Shown here one piece after another: positions 52,062-64,000 of a stretch of 64,000 nucleotides of DNA. Made by a program: the position numbers and the translations under genes. The notes under the pieces are model-generated. The model did no database searches. It was not told the DNA's origin and saw nothing but the letters and a program-made list of their open reading frames with translations. Origin of the DNA: Macrostomum lignano (lineage: Eukaryota). The stretch's first letter is position 1, and each line of letters begins with the position of its first letter. The stretch spans positions 596,849 to 660,848 of the forward strand of contig NIVC01000349.1 of the NCBI GenBank assembly GCA_002269645.1. The letters are read 5' to 3'.

Positions 52062-55000
52062 TTACGACCGACACAGAGCCACACTGAGGCTGCGATGCAG
52101 AGCCTCGAAGTTGACATAAATTTCATTGCCGCTTATAAGCAGACAGGTCGAGAAAATATTGTTCACGGACAAAAAGTTTAACTTTATTGGTGAATCAAAT
52201 TTCAAGTAGAATTTCCAAGCAGAGTCATGACTTCTCAGGTGCTGCCAGACGAGCTCCTTGGTTGGTTCAAACTGGGACAGCTCTTCCTTCCAGCTGATGC
52301 CCCGGTGGACCTCGGGCTGCCGGCTACTCAGCAGCACCTCTGACGCAGCTTCCAGACGGCCGAACTTGATGCAAGACAGAGCTCGCAGAGTCTCTCGGCT
52401 TTTGCTGGCGCAGTCAGGCAGGCGCGCAATGACATCATCTAAGACAGATCTACAGTCGGAGCTTGTGTCGTCTTCGTCTAGCATAACAAGTGCTTCTTTC
52501 ACGTTGTCATAAATACTGAGATACTGAATTTCCAAAGCAAATTTTTCAATAGAAGCTTCAATTAGTGGCTTGGGTTTCTTTTCCAGCGTTGGTAGCAGTA
52601 GAAATGGATGAAAACTGAAATTTTCAGAATCAGGAATGCTGGCAAGACCATCGTTGAACTCTGCCAGTATGTACGGCAGTTGGTGAATCAACTCAATTAG
52701 GCATTGAGCAATTTTCATCGCTGTGTCCCGACTTTGTCCTTGCAAGTACAAGGCAGCATCACTCAGAAAGAAGTGCCTCATGATTTGTCCATCGAATGTC
52801 TTCGAATTGCAACTCTGCTCAACGTAGTTTAGCATCATCTGCAAGGCATGTCGAGTGAGACTGAAGAGATTCTCCGGTCTCCACTGATCAGCCGGTGTCG
52901 CTTCAAGCATTCGGAACAGGAGAGTTTTGGCGTGATATGTTTTCAAGCCCGGCACACAGTTGCTTATAACTCGTTTAAACAGATATTTGATAATAACGAA
53001 CAGCTGACCTTGCAGTGTCGTGAGATTTTGCATCAGCTTCCTCTCTAAAAAGGCTGTGCTCACGCGGAACTGCGAGCCAGCAGATCCTGGAGATGCGGCA
53101 CGTACCAAATGACAGGGCGATGAGGTGATCTCTTGCCGGAGCAAGTCCAGCACCCTCTGTGATATGTTGGAGTCATTTTGAGACTGCAACACTGCCATTG
53201 GTGGATGGCAGCACAGACTGAGGGCGGTCTCCAGGTGAATCGCTGGCCCCAAAGATTTGTTGCCAGTTTCGACATGTTTTGTAGAACAATTTGACGCTAA
53301 AAATAAGATAAAACCGTCAACTTTGGGCTTTAACAGAGATTAAAGTTATAAAGCAACAGTATAGACTAGAAGGTTTACTTAAGAACGTTGCAATTCCACT
53401 TACCAAAATCATCGCAGGTAATTTCACCGTTGCAGTATTCAACAGTTTTTTTAACGCTATCAGAATCAATTTGCCTGCAGCGGCAATAGTTCTTCAAGTG
53501 AAACAGTTGGTTTGTGTCAATCATCAAATAGTCGATGTCGGAGTCTGGATCGATGTCGCCATTTAACGAGGCCATGCAGCTGCCCCAGCCTTCAGCAAAG
53601 CTGCCCATAACAAATATTTTATTCTCTTTATCACACCGACTGCGCGCAGAGACCAGCTGGTGCAGAACCTCGGCAGCCGCAGTCTGCAGTGCCGCCCTGG
53701 GCCTGGTGAAGCCAGCACGGAGCATTGACTGGTGCACCAGCAGACTCTGCTCACTTGCTGTTGACCTGATCAAGGATGGAAAGTTTATCGTCAGTTATTT
53801 TATTTTCACTGGAGGGAAGTTGCAGCCGTGAGAAGGTACACATGTATGCAGTCATGCCTATTCGCTGACCCCTGAGCACCCCATTTTGCCTCTCCGGTGT
53901 CGAGAATGCGGAGCATTTCATCTGTGAATGCCCCCGGACTTTACTGAAGGACGAGCTGACACCTACTTCGGCCCAAACCTGAGAATCTCTGCCACCTCAT
54001 CCGCAACCAAAGGGCTACCGGGCGAGCACTATTCACCTCCTGGACTCTCTGGAGGGAGATTGCGCTATGGATATTGGCACCACCGGATCTCCCTGCGAGA
54101 CACCGCAGCACCAGCTGCCCGTGGTCGCCAGGGGTTAGTGGAATGGAATGCTAGGAACCCCCTGCGAAATCCTCCGCATTCTGGTGCAAGCATCTCAACG
54201 AAATCTACTACTGGCCCGCTCGGACTTACGCCGGAAAATAATTATCAACCGAGAGTTTCATGGTCGAACGGTAACTTGTCAACCTATCTAGAACCTTCCT
54301 GTGGCCATTCAGTGCGGAAATCAACATCGGCGTTATTCCGTCGTGAGCCTTCAACTCGGGGACGGCTCCGGCAGCCAGTAGCAGATCCACCGTGTTTGTG
54401 TGGCCCTCTCGCGAAGCAGCGAGCAGCGCCGAGCAGCCGGTTGAGTCTGTGAGATTCATGTCGATCTGAGGAACGCTCAACAAAATTTTTACCGAAGCCG
54501 CGTGACCAGCTTGTGACGCCAGGTGCAGAGCTGTGCACCCGCTGCTTAGCCGAAGGTTCACGTCGGCCAGGGCGACTTTAGCGAGCAGTTGGACAATTCG
54601 ATGGTGGCCCAACTGACTGGCGATGTGAATCGGTGCCGCGCCTTCCGGATGCGACGTGGCATCCGCATCCGCGTTCACTTCAACCAGAGCACGCGCAATC
54701 TTCCAGTGGTTCTCCTGCGCCGCTGTGTACAGAGCTGTTGTGCCCAGCTCGCCAATTTGATTAACGTCAACTTGAGCTTTAATGAGGCTGAGTACTATTG
54801 GCAGCTGGTTGCAATGTACGGCTACGTGAAGCGCTGGCTGAATTACGGAAATACCACAGTCCAAATTTGGATTTGCTCCGAGTTTTAGCAAACTGTCCAC
54901 TATAGACCGATCGCCCAGGAAGAATGCACCATAGAGCGGTGTGCAGAGGTGTGCCGTTTCTGGTTGGACAGCTGCCTTCGCCTTGATGAGTTCCTGCACC

Positions 55001-56012
55001 ACCAACTTGCGTCCATTTTGTACCGCAGCGTACAAAGGAGTGCTGCCGTTCAGCATGGCCTGATCGATGTCCGCCATGGCTTGGACCAGTGCCTGCACTA
55101 TCTCAACATGGCCCTCCTGCGATGCGATGTACATTGGCGTAGCACCGCTGAACTCGGCAAGATTGACGTCAGGAACTCCGAGCTCCAACAAGCAGCGAAC
55201 AATCTGACGGTGGCCGAATTGCGTCGCGATGAGCAACGGAGTTGCACCATCAACTTGCTGAATATTGACGTCTGCGGCTGCCCGACTGAGCACCTCGACA
55301 ACCTCCGCGTGGCCTTCCTGTGCAGCTGCGTAGATGGCAGTCCTGCCTCGCTCCTGTTGCAGGTCGAGGGTTGTTTGAGCTTTGAGCAGCGCAGCCACCA
55401 CTTGCCGATGACCATTCTGAGCAGCGATGTACATTGGCGAGCAGCCGTCAGTTTTCTGCGCGTCAACATCGGCCATAGCTGAGACCAGCTGGGTGACAAT
55501 TTCCCAGTGTCCGTTCTGAGCGGCCATGTAGAGCGGCGTGGACCGGACGTCTGTTCTGGACTGATTCACGTTGGCCTGAGCCTCGATGAGCAGCTGTACA
55601 ACAGCGCGGTGCCCGTTCTGAGCAGCGACCCAGAGCGGCGTGCAGCCGAGTTTCTGAGGCAGATCGACGTTCGCACCCTGCAGAATCAAGCTGCTGACCA
55701 ACCTGTCGTGACCATAGGCAGAGGCCACAAAAAGTGGAGATTCTCCGTGACTCGATTGACGATTGACGTTCACTTCTGGCTGCTTTGAGGACCGGGTGAG
55801 CAGCTGAGCGGCCTGTAGTTGCCGGTGATGCAGGCCAGATGTAGCGGCGACAGGCAGCTGCCGTTAAAATTGAACATCTGATCAGGAGACTGACCACCGG
55901 TCAGATGCGCCCTCAGCTTGTCGGGGTCCGCCTGAAGCACCGACTGCAAGAAGTCCTCATTGGGAGTGTCGGCTACTCGCGTTAAGTGCGAAATTTGCGT
56001 CCACTGACTCAT
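52062..56012 (-). CDS. Ankyrin-repeat + Mab-21/cGAS-like nucleotidyltransferase (cGLR) fusion, copy 2, 3 exons, ~1126 aa, with a 1-nt frameshift near 55811
   Basis: Exon 1 56012-54230 holds canonical ankyrins (donor GC|gtaagt, phase 2). Exon 2 53765-53404 reads VMGSFAEGWG...DPDSDIDY (donor G|gtaagt, phase 1). Exon 3 53296-52062 contains RVSTAFLERKLM, GLKTYHAKT and MRHFF. Exon 1 is one base short of frame; restoring a G at AGG[G]CC gives NYRAAQLL. It may be a pseudogene or a sequencing error. Confidence 0.8.
53880..54212 (+). mobile_element. 3' fragment of a non-LTR retrotransposon in intron 1 of ANK-cGLR copy 2
   Basis: One + frame reads VENAEHFICECP, the H-x3-4-CP half of the C-terminal CCHC knuckle of LINE ORF2. 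It is followed by a UTR-like stretch ending in CTACTACT. Confidence 0.5.
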
Positions 56013-57862
56013 GCTTAAAGTCCTGGACTGAATCAGCAGCCTATATAATTGGTCTTTTCTGAAAAGAAAGGTCGCTTCTTCGAGTGACCAACAGTTAAAA
56101 AACTAGATTTTAAAGCTCTGATTCCATTCAGAAATTCAACCGCAATTTCTGTGAAAAATTTAAACATAAATTTAAATTCAAATTTGCGAGCTAAGAATAC
56201 AAGATTCAATCCTTTAAAAATGTTTAAAATAGGTTTTCGACTTAAGCAATTCTTTATTATGTCTTATTGCTAAAAATACAGGTGAAATCAGCGAAATTTG
56301 TGTACTTTAATTAACACCATAATATTATTAAAATAAGTTTAATTGAATGAGTTTCTGACTCGAAAAGTGGCTGAAGACAACATATAATAAAGAAATAAAT
56401 ATTTAATTAAATAATAGTAATTAATTTAATTAAAAAGTAGTTGATAGTATTAAATAAATATAACTAGATATAGACTTATTTTGTTTCAGTAGTAAAATTC
56501 TTTTTGTTATGTTGTCTAACATTTTAAAGCTGCAGTAAAGAATCGGTTTACGTGAGTATCAGAAAATATAATCTTCGCAATTCATGGACCACTATAGCAG
56601 ATATTCGAATAAGTAAAATATCCTTCCACTTTTTATTTTATTTAACGGCTCATCATGAAAGCTAAATAACTAAAAAATTGTTCATAACGGAATTAAAACA
56701 AGAGAGTAGCTGCTGTTAAAGCAAAAATTTATTTTAGTTCCTTGTCAGTGGTAATATTCACATTTGCAGTCATGCTTTGCGCACTTATTTCGCTGAAAAA
56801 GTACGAGTTAAATATACACTATTACTTGATAAAAAGATCTTTCGTAACAAAAAGAAATTATTGTGATTGCTTATGTTAGCTTTTTCACAGAAATGTTTTG
56901 TACAACCCTTAAATTTCGTTTTGCAATGCTTTAAATCTTCTTTTTTGTTATACTACTGTTAATTATAACACCAAAATAAGCCGCAAATATGCTGTAGAAC
57001 CCAATAAACAATATTATTTGAACTTTTAGAAGAAGTAAGCTGAGCTAGTTTCAAGAAACCTCTTCTTGTATTATATTGCAAGTCTGATGAAAATACGAGC
57101 GGAAATTAAAGCACATCCGAATGTAATTCACTTTAAGGTGCTAATACATGTTGGATATGTTAGACGAATAACGTGTAAAAGAGACGAAAAATTAAAAGTC
57201 GAGTTCGTTAAAACTATTTTTCTAAATATGCTACTGTACTAAACGTACGTAGATACGAGAAAAATGTACATGCATTCTTAGTGTACATGCACATGTATAC
57301 CCATGCAGCAATCTGATATGGCCACAATGTCGGCCAACGCGGTTTTCGACGTCTATCGACGAGTGAGTGGCAAATGAGTACTTTTACAGTACAGCGATGG
57401 TTCAGTAGACGACCTTACATGTATGACGTTACGTACGTTATCTAATGTAAATGTAATGTAATGTACGTATTTGTCAGCGACGTTGATAATACTTGTCTAC
57501 AGACGTCGGACTGCGGTACCAGCATGGTACATATGTATATATGCATGCAATATATAAGATGCGAAAGTATAATTCGCATTTCCCCCAATGAAAGAAAAGT
57601 TTGATTTTGGGTGGAGCCGCTATAGCTAAAGGATCTTGCATGGGGAGACGAGATTTCTTGACGAGAGTTTATTTTGTGATCGAGCTTCGGCCCGATATCG
57701 CGGTGAGGACTGCGCACGGGTTTGAGAAGAGAGAAAACTGTTTCTGAAGCACTTGGGGGGAACTCATGGAGGGTCGAGAATTGGGACGGCAGTGAGCGTG
57801 CCGGCGAAATTGCTTTCACTTTGAAGAGTTGCCGCGTGCGTGCAGGCCGGCCTCGAGTTTGT

Positions 57863-57986
<124 letters not shown>

Positions 57987-58727
57987 GTCGCACAGAGCTG
58001 GGAGAAGGAGTCCAGATCGACCTCGTCGCGCTCTCTATCCTAAGCAAAGCTCTCGGCCGCGGGCTTGGGAGAAAAACAGGGAGCTGGGTAAGAGAGGAGG
58101 GAGAGAGAGCCGAGAGTAAGGGGCGATTGAGGTGAGGATAGATTTTCTAAGCTCAAGGCCTGCCAGCTAAAAGTACTGCTTTCCCGCAGTTGATTGGCCT
58201 GGGGGCAGTGACGATCAGGTCGGGACGGGGATGGATGCAGCGGACGAGAGGGAAGGCCGGAGACGTGGAGGTCTTGGCTGAGGGGCTGAGGGGGGATTTT
58301 GGACTTGGGGGAGGGGATAAACGAGGGTAGACGGTGCAGGAGCGAGTCAGTTGGGCTTTGGGGGGAGGGACTGCTTTGCTAACAGGGGGACAGCTGAAGG
58401 AGAGAGAAATTTAAGGGACAGGGAGGTGGACGGAGAACCCCAACTGAACCTATAGGTTCGTGTCCGCCTCCCTCTCTCGGACATTTCCCCTCCTTTCCTC
58501 CTCCTTCTTCTTCTGCGCGCCCGGCCTCTGCCAACCTATACATAAGCCCTTTTCTTAAGTTAACCAAGCCAAGAAAAGTTTTCTTTTCCTCAATTCTTTC
58601 TCCTGGCAACTTTGTAGGCCGACCGACTGGCGAGGTAAGGCTTAGCGCCTCTGTGATCACATTCACTTGTTCGCATCTTGAATTAATATTAAAGCAGCTG
58701 TTGATTCCGTCAGCTTTTTTAGACAAG

Positions 58728-60425
58728 ATGGCCAGCGCCACTCAGGCACCAGAAGTCATGATGAGCGTCAACGGCGGAGCCAGCAGCAGAGACGAACCGT
58801 CCATCACCCTGTCGCGATACTCTGAATACGGCCTGCTGATCTGCATTGGAATTGTCGGCATCATCGGCAACTTCGGCATTGCACTGGTCATTCTGTTCGT
58901 CCGCCGTCTGCGAAAGGCCGCGAACGCCTTCATGTTCCACCACTGCCTGCTGGACCTGCTGAAGTCGCTCTACTGCCTGATCTTTGCCAACAGCCTGCTG
59001 CACGACCAGGAGCCGATGTTCTGCAACCTTCTTGGCGGCTCCTTCATCGTGTGCGTGACCAGCACGGCCTTCAACATCCTGGCCATGGTCATGAGCGAGG
59101 CTTACGTCTTTGCCGACCTTAGCGCTGGGGTGAAGGACAGCGGCAACTACTGCTGCATCCTGTTCAGCATCAGCACCATCTGGTTCGCCAGCATCATTCT
59201 CAACTTGGGCGTCGCCTTCCTGCCTGGCAATCCGAGCTACATCCAGAAAGTCGGTCACTGCACTTTTAGCTACGGCGAGACCCGGAACTACGTGCTCCAC
59301 GTGCTGTGGATCATCCTGGTGACGTTCGCCATGAGCCTGGCCATCATGTACTTGAAGAAGCTTCGCCAGGACATCAAATCCAACTCGACCAGCGGAGTTC
59401 TGCAATCGGATCTGCTGCGCATCATCCGCCAGTCCATCGCTGGCCCGTCCGACCTCAGCCCGTCCGGCCACCCGCAGCTGCAGCAGCAGATGATGGCCGA
59501 TCAGTGCGTCGACGACGTGGCAGAGAGGGCCCTGTTGAAGAAAGTGGAGCGATTCGCCATGACCAAACTGTACACCCTGCTGCTCATGACGGCTCTGTTC
59601 GTGCTGTTCTGGTATCCGCTGTTCATCCTCACCCTGGTCGATCCGAACTTCCACGGACAGCCGGTGGCCTACAAGGCCCTGACAATCTTCGCCTGCTGCA
59701 ACGCCGCCGTCAACCCGTTCGTGTTCATCTGCCTGATCAGCAAGCGTGGCTGCTGTCGCACGGAGATGCCGCGCCTCCGGCTGGCCAAGGGCAACAGGGA
59801 GCTCTTTCAGGAGCCCGGCGGCATCGCCACCCTCAACCGGTACGGCCGCGGCAGCCGCTCAAAGAAGAACATCCTGCAGGCAGAGATGCAGTCGCCGCCA
59901 CCACCACCTCCGCCGCCGCCGCCTGTGCACCAGCCGGTGGCGACTCTGATGCAGAGCGGCTCGTTCGACGACTCCAGAGGCCGGGCCAGCTTCCGGCATC
60001 AGCACTCGTCCTCTTCGCTGCGACAGTCGCACCATCAGCAGCAGCAGCACCCGCAGCACTCGCTGATCTCTGACGCAGCCGATCATCCCGGCATCTACAA
60101 CGAGTACTTCGCCATGCACCCGCTGCCGCCGCCGCCTCCGCACTCGGTGCCGCCGCCGCCGCCGCCCCCGGCCGCCTACCTGCACCGCATGGAGTCCTTC
60201 GAGCGGTCGCAGTCGCCGCCGCCTCCGCCGATGCCACCGCCGCCTCCGCCACCGGGGATGGCGGGAGCCACGTCGTCAACTGCAACCGCAAGTCCGCGGA
60301 GACACATGCAGCAGCAGCAGCAGCAGCAGCAGAGGTCGCAAGGAACCTGTGGACACCGCCGTCTGGTGCGCAGTCGACATTGTAGAATTGCAAGACTCAG
60401 CAGCAAGGCCCATGCAGTCATATAA
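58728..60425 (+). CDS. Class A (rhodopsin-like) GPCR, possibly SREB/GPR85-like, with Pro/Gln-rich tail, ~565 aa
   Basis: The ATG at 58728 follows a likely 5' UTR intron (gtaagg at ~58636, tttttag at ~58722). There are seven hydrophobic segments with TM1 GN, TM2 HCLLD, TM3 EAY in the DRY position, TM6 FWYP and TM7 NPFVF. The SREB-like assignment is from recall only. Confidence 0.88.
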   Translation: MASATQAPEVMMSVNGGASSRDEPSITLSRYSEYGLLICIGIVGIIGNFGIALVILFVRRLRKAANAFMFHHCLLDLLKSLYCLIFANSLLHDQEPMFCNLLGGSFIVCVTSTAFNILAMVMSEAYVFADLSAGVKDSGNYCCILFSISTIWFASIILNLGVAFLPGNPSYIQKVGHCTFSYGETRNYVLHVLWIILVTFAMSLAIMYLKKLRQDIKSNSTSGVLQSDLLRIIRQSIAGPSDLSPSGHPQLQQQMMADQCVDDVAERALLKKVERFAMTKLYTLLLMTALFVLFWYPLFILTLVDPNFHGQPVAYKALTIFACCNAAVNPFVFICLISKRGCCRTEMPRLRLAKGNRELFQEPGGIATLNRYGRGSRSKKNILQAEMQSPPPPPPPPPPVHQPVATLMQSGSFDDSRGRASFRHQHSSSSLRQSHHQQQQHPQHSLISDAADHPGIYNEYFAMHPLPPPPPHSVPPPPPPPAAYLHRMESFERSQSPPPPPMPPPPPPPGMAGATSSTATASPRRHMQQQQQQQQRSQGTCGHRRLVRSRHCRIARLSSKAHAVI

Positions 60426-62085
60426 ATGATGAGCAGCATGTATATTAAACAGGACAAAGAACAACAAATAGTTTCCAATTATTCGTAGCATGCTTATTAG
60501 TGTTGCCTAAACTGTCACAACATTTATGGAAACAAGAAAGACATGAAAAAATAGTTTCTATCCCATATCCATAATATAGACAAAGTAGGTTGAGGCCCCA
60601 GCGAGTTGTTGGGCAGATATTTTATTTTAACAATAAAATCGAAGTTATCAACATATTCACGCACTTTTTTTCTGCGTACATTGTTCATTAACTACTCTCG
60701 CTTACAGTCTCTGAAGCCTGTGTTTGTTGTAAGTTAGAAGCTCTTTAGTCAATAAAATGCACTTCATTTTGCACACTATATAATTATATACTTTGTTTTA
60801 ATCAAAGGTCAAACAATCCGTATACTGTTTTAATTTTGAAATTTTAGCACGTTGATTTTAACAAATATTTCTCTTTCTCAGAAAGTAAGCGTAATATTTA
60901 AAAGTAACTTTGAAATTCTATTTCATATTTGAAACTAACAATAATGAATAGTTTGCTTATATACAATAGTTTATAAACGATTTTCAATGCACCGTTTTTA
61001 CAATATTTTAGTGTGGAATTTAAGCACTATGTACTTATGAAACACGATGTGCTGTATATTCTCCAATAACGAAAAATTTATTTACTGCACATATTCGAAT
61101 ATTACATCAAAATTTCATACATTTTACATGTTATACATTGTAGGTATATCATTCACTTGGCAAAATAAATTATGATTATAGCTTCAGACGAATCAAAATG
61201 AATCACGCTGACAAATATTCTCACTGTATCTTTGTTATAAGTAGTATCGTTTCGTTTTAATTTAATTAATTTCGTGAATTTCATTTTCGTTTTAATTAAA
61301 TAGCCAATAAGGTAAAAGCTACGTTTCTAGCTAGTAGTTTTTTGGTAGTCAAATCTAACTAAAATATTTTTTGTTGTGAACTGTAATAACTGTGAACCTG
61401 TTGCAAAACAGTTCAAAAGTACACCCAGTTCTTAACAGTGCATGTACATCGCAGAAGTACATGTTGCGTAAAAAGTGACATCTTTTTTCAGCAAATAAAC
61501 TTTACATTTCTCAAAGTTGCAGCACATTTTCCAAGAAACAATTTCATCATTATTGATTTTTTGTTATAAATTTGCATTTTTTAATGGCCACAATTCGAAT
61601 GAGCATTTGCTGGACTGGGTGAGTCATGTATATTTCTACTTTACATGCATGTACCTGACGTCTACATAATTTCCTAGCAAACTTCTCTGCAAACTTGCAT
61701 GAAAATGTACAGTGTAAAATACAATATATGACTCGATTTTCGGCACTGCAACTTCAACACACACTGGAGACATTGGGAAGTGAGATTGAGAGGGAGGCCT
61801 CCTACTCGTAAAAACTGAGACCGCCTCAGGCCCGACTTGTGAAGGAAAAACTCGGCAATTAACACTTACAGAAGCTGCTCCCCTGGGGCTTTGAGGACTC
61901 GCGGATCGCGATGAGGCTGCTGGCACGCACGCGCCCCAGCCGATCTTATAGATTTCTCGCGACGGGGATGCTGGCTCGACTTCTGCGGGAAGCTCGGACT
62001 GCTGGCTGTTTTAATTAAAATTCCGCGAGCGCTGCTTCTGCCAGTGCTCCGAACTTTTTTCCACGATTGAGCAACCCTGATTTCT

Positions 62086-62880
62086 CACCCCTAAATCTGC
62101 CCATATCTCACCCTTAAATCTGCCCATGTCTCACCCTAAATATGCTTATATCTCACCCCTAAATCTGTCCATATCTCAACCCCAAATCTGTCCATATCTC
62201 ACCCTAAATCTGTCCATATCTCACCCCTAAATCTGTCCATATCTCACCCCTAAATCTGTCCATATCTCACCCCTAAATATGTCCATATCTCACCCCTAAA
62301 TCTGTCCATATCTCACCCCTAAATATGCCCATATCTCAGCCCTTAAATCGGTCCATATCTCACCCCTAAATATGCCCATATCTCAGCCCCTAAATCGGTC
62401 CATATCTCACCCTGAAATCTGTCCATATCTCACCAAATCTGCCAATATCTCACCTAAATCTGTTCATTATCTCTCAGCTCTAAATCTGTCCATATCTACC
62501 CCTAAATCTGTCATATTCACCCTAAATATGTTCATATCTCACCCCCAATCTGTCCATATCTCATCCCCCCAAATATGTCCATATCTACCCTCAAATCTGT
62601 CCATATCTCACCCTAAATATGTCCATATCTACCCCCAAATCTGTCCATATCTCACCCCTAAATATGTCCATATCTCACCCCTAAATCTGTCATATCTCAC
62701 CCTAAATATGTCCATATTTCACCCCTAAATCTGTCCATATCTCACCCCTAAATATGTCCATATCTCACCCCTAAATATGTCCATATCTCACCCTAAATCT
62801 AACAATTTCTCACCCTAAATCTGCCCATATCTCACCCCTAAATATGTCCATATCTCACCCCCTAAATATGTCCATATCTC
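62086..62880. repeat. 23-bp minisatellite
   Basis: Unit CTCACCCCTAAATCTGTCCATAT. Confidence 0.93.
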
Positions 62881-63109
62881 AGAGCGTGTCTCAGATTCCG
62901 CCAGATAAAAACTTGAAGCACCGCACTGACAGTCGGTCGATATTGGTGTGACGATTCACAAGAATATTGATCTGCACAAGACAAAGCAGGCAGGCTTGTT
63001 TTGCTCAAGGTCCATGACACCATGCACTTTGCAGGATGCAGGAAGAAACCTGATATGAAGTATATTTAATATAAATATTCGATACTGTGTATACAATACA
63101 CAAAATGAT

Positions 63110-63905
63110 CTACACGAATGAAGAATAGAAATTGCTAATCTATCTCACGAATGAAGAACTAGAATGGAAATATCTCATAATGACTATATATCTATCTCAC
63201 GAATAAGAACTAGAATGGATTACTAATCCATCTCACTAATGAAGGACTAGAATAGATTGCTAATCTATCTCACTAATGAAGAACTAGAATGGATTGCTAA
63301 TCTATCTCACGAATGAAGAACTAGAATGGATTACTAATCCATCTCACTAATGAAGGACTAGAATAGATTGCTAATCTATCTCACTAATGAAGAACTAGAA
63401 TGGATTGCTAATCTATCTCACTAATGAAGAACTAGAATGGATTGCTAATCTATCTCACTAATGAAGGACTAGAATGGATTGCTAATCTATCTCACCAGTG
63501 AAGAACTAGAATGGATTACTAATCTATCTCAATAATGAAGGGTATTAATGGATTGCTAATCTATCTCACTAATGAAGGGTATTAATGGATAGCTAATCTA
63601 TCTCACTAATGAAGGATTGAATGGATTGCTAATCCATCTCACTAATGAAGGGTATTAATGGATTGCTAATCTATTCTCACTAATGAAGGATTAAAATGGA
63701 TTGCTAATCCATCTCACTAACGAGGGGTATTAATGGATTGCTAATCTATCTCACTAATGAAGGATTAGAATGGATTGCTAATCGATCTCACTAATGAAGG
63801 TATTAATGGATTGCTAATCTATCTCACTAATGAAGGATTAGAATGGATTGCTAATCCATCTCACTAATGAGGGTATTAATGGATTGCTAATCTATGTCAC
63901 CAATT
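63110..63905. repeat. 37-bp minisatellite
   Basis: Unit GCTAATCTATCTCACTAATGAAGGATTAGAATGGATT. Confidence 0.93.
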
Positions 63906-64000
63906 AAAGATTACAATAGACTGCTTGCCGCAAAATAACTAAATCGTTGGCAAGATCATAATTCATTGAAGAAGCAATTAAACGTTCTGAAGCGAGAGTA

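Noticed and set aside
58719-60393. Long antisense ORFs over the GPCR (and similar ones over the TRP, cGLR, ENaC and TTC28 exons)
   Set aside because: These are expected shadow ORFs of GC-rich coding sequence with biased codon use and have no domain motifs.
62372-62728. 118-aa ORF
   Set aside because: It is a translation of the 23-bp minisatellite.

Overview
Eukaryotic (animal) genomic DNA with GT-AG introns, GC-rich exons and minisatellite-filled introns. It resembles a free-living flatworm such as Macrostomum, which is an inference from composition and gene style only. By reading splice sites and checking intron phases by hand I reconstructed six genes. On the minus strand: a 4-exon DEG/ENaC channel, two ankyrin-repeat + Mab-21/cGAS-like nucleotidyltransferase (cGLR) fusion genes, and a 3-exon ankyrin-TRP channel. 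On the plus strand: a 5-exon TTC28-like TPR-CHAT gene and a single-exon class A GPCR. The best lead is the pair of ANK-cGLR genes, which the ORF track splits into unrelated pieces. Both have the GS...DSDID catalytic motif in a small middle exon and share identical intron phases (2 then 1), yet they carry completely different N-terminal repeat arrays. The TRP channel also looks chimeric, with an ankyrin array on a TRPM-like channel body. Mobile DNA includes a 4.9-kb Mutator-like element with ~780-bp TIRs and a perfect 9-bp TSD, foldback/MITE elements, a decayed Gypsy, an intronic LTR with tRNA-Leu PBS, and LINE fragments. All gene models are unverified manual predictions; no database searches were run.
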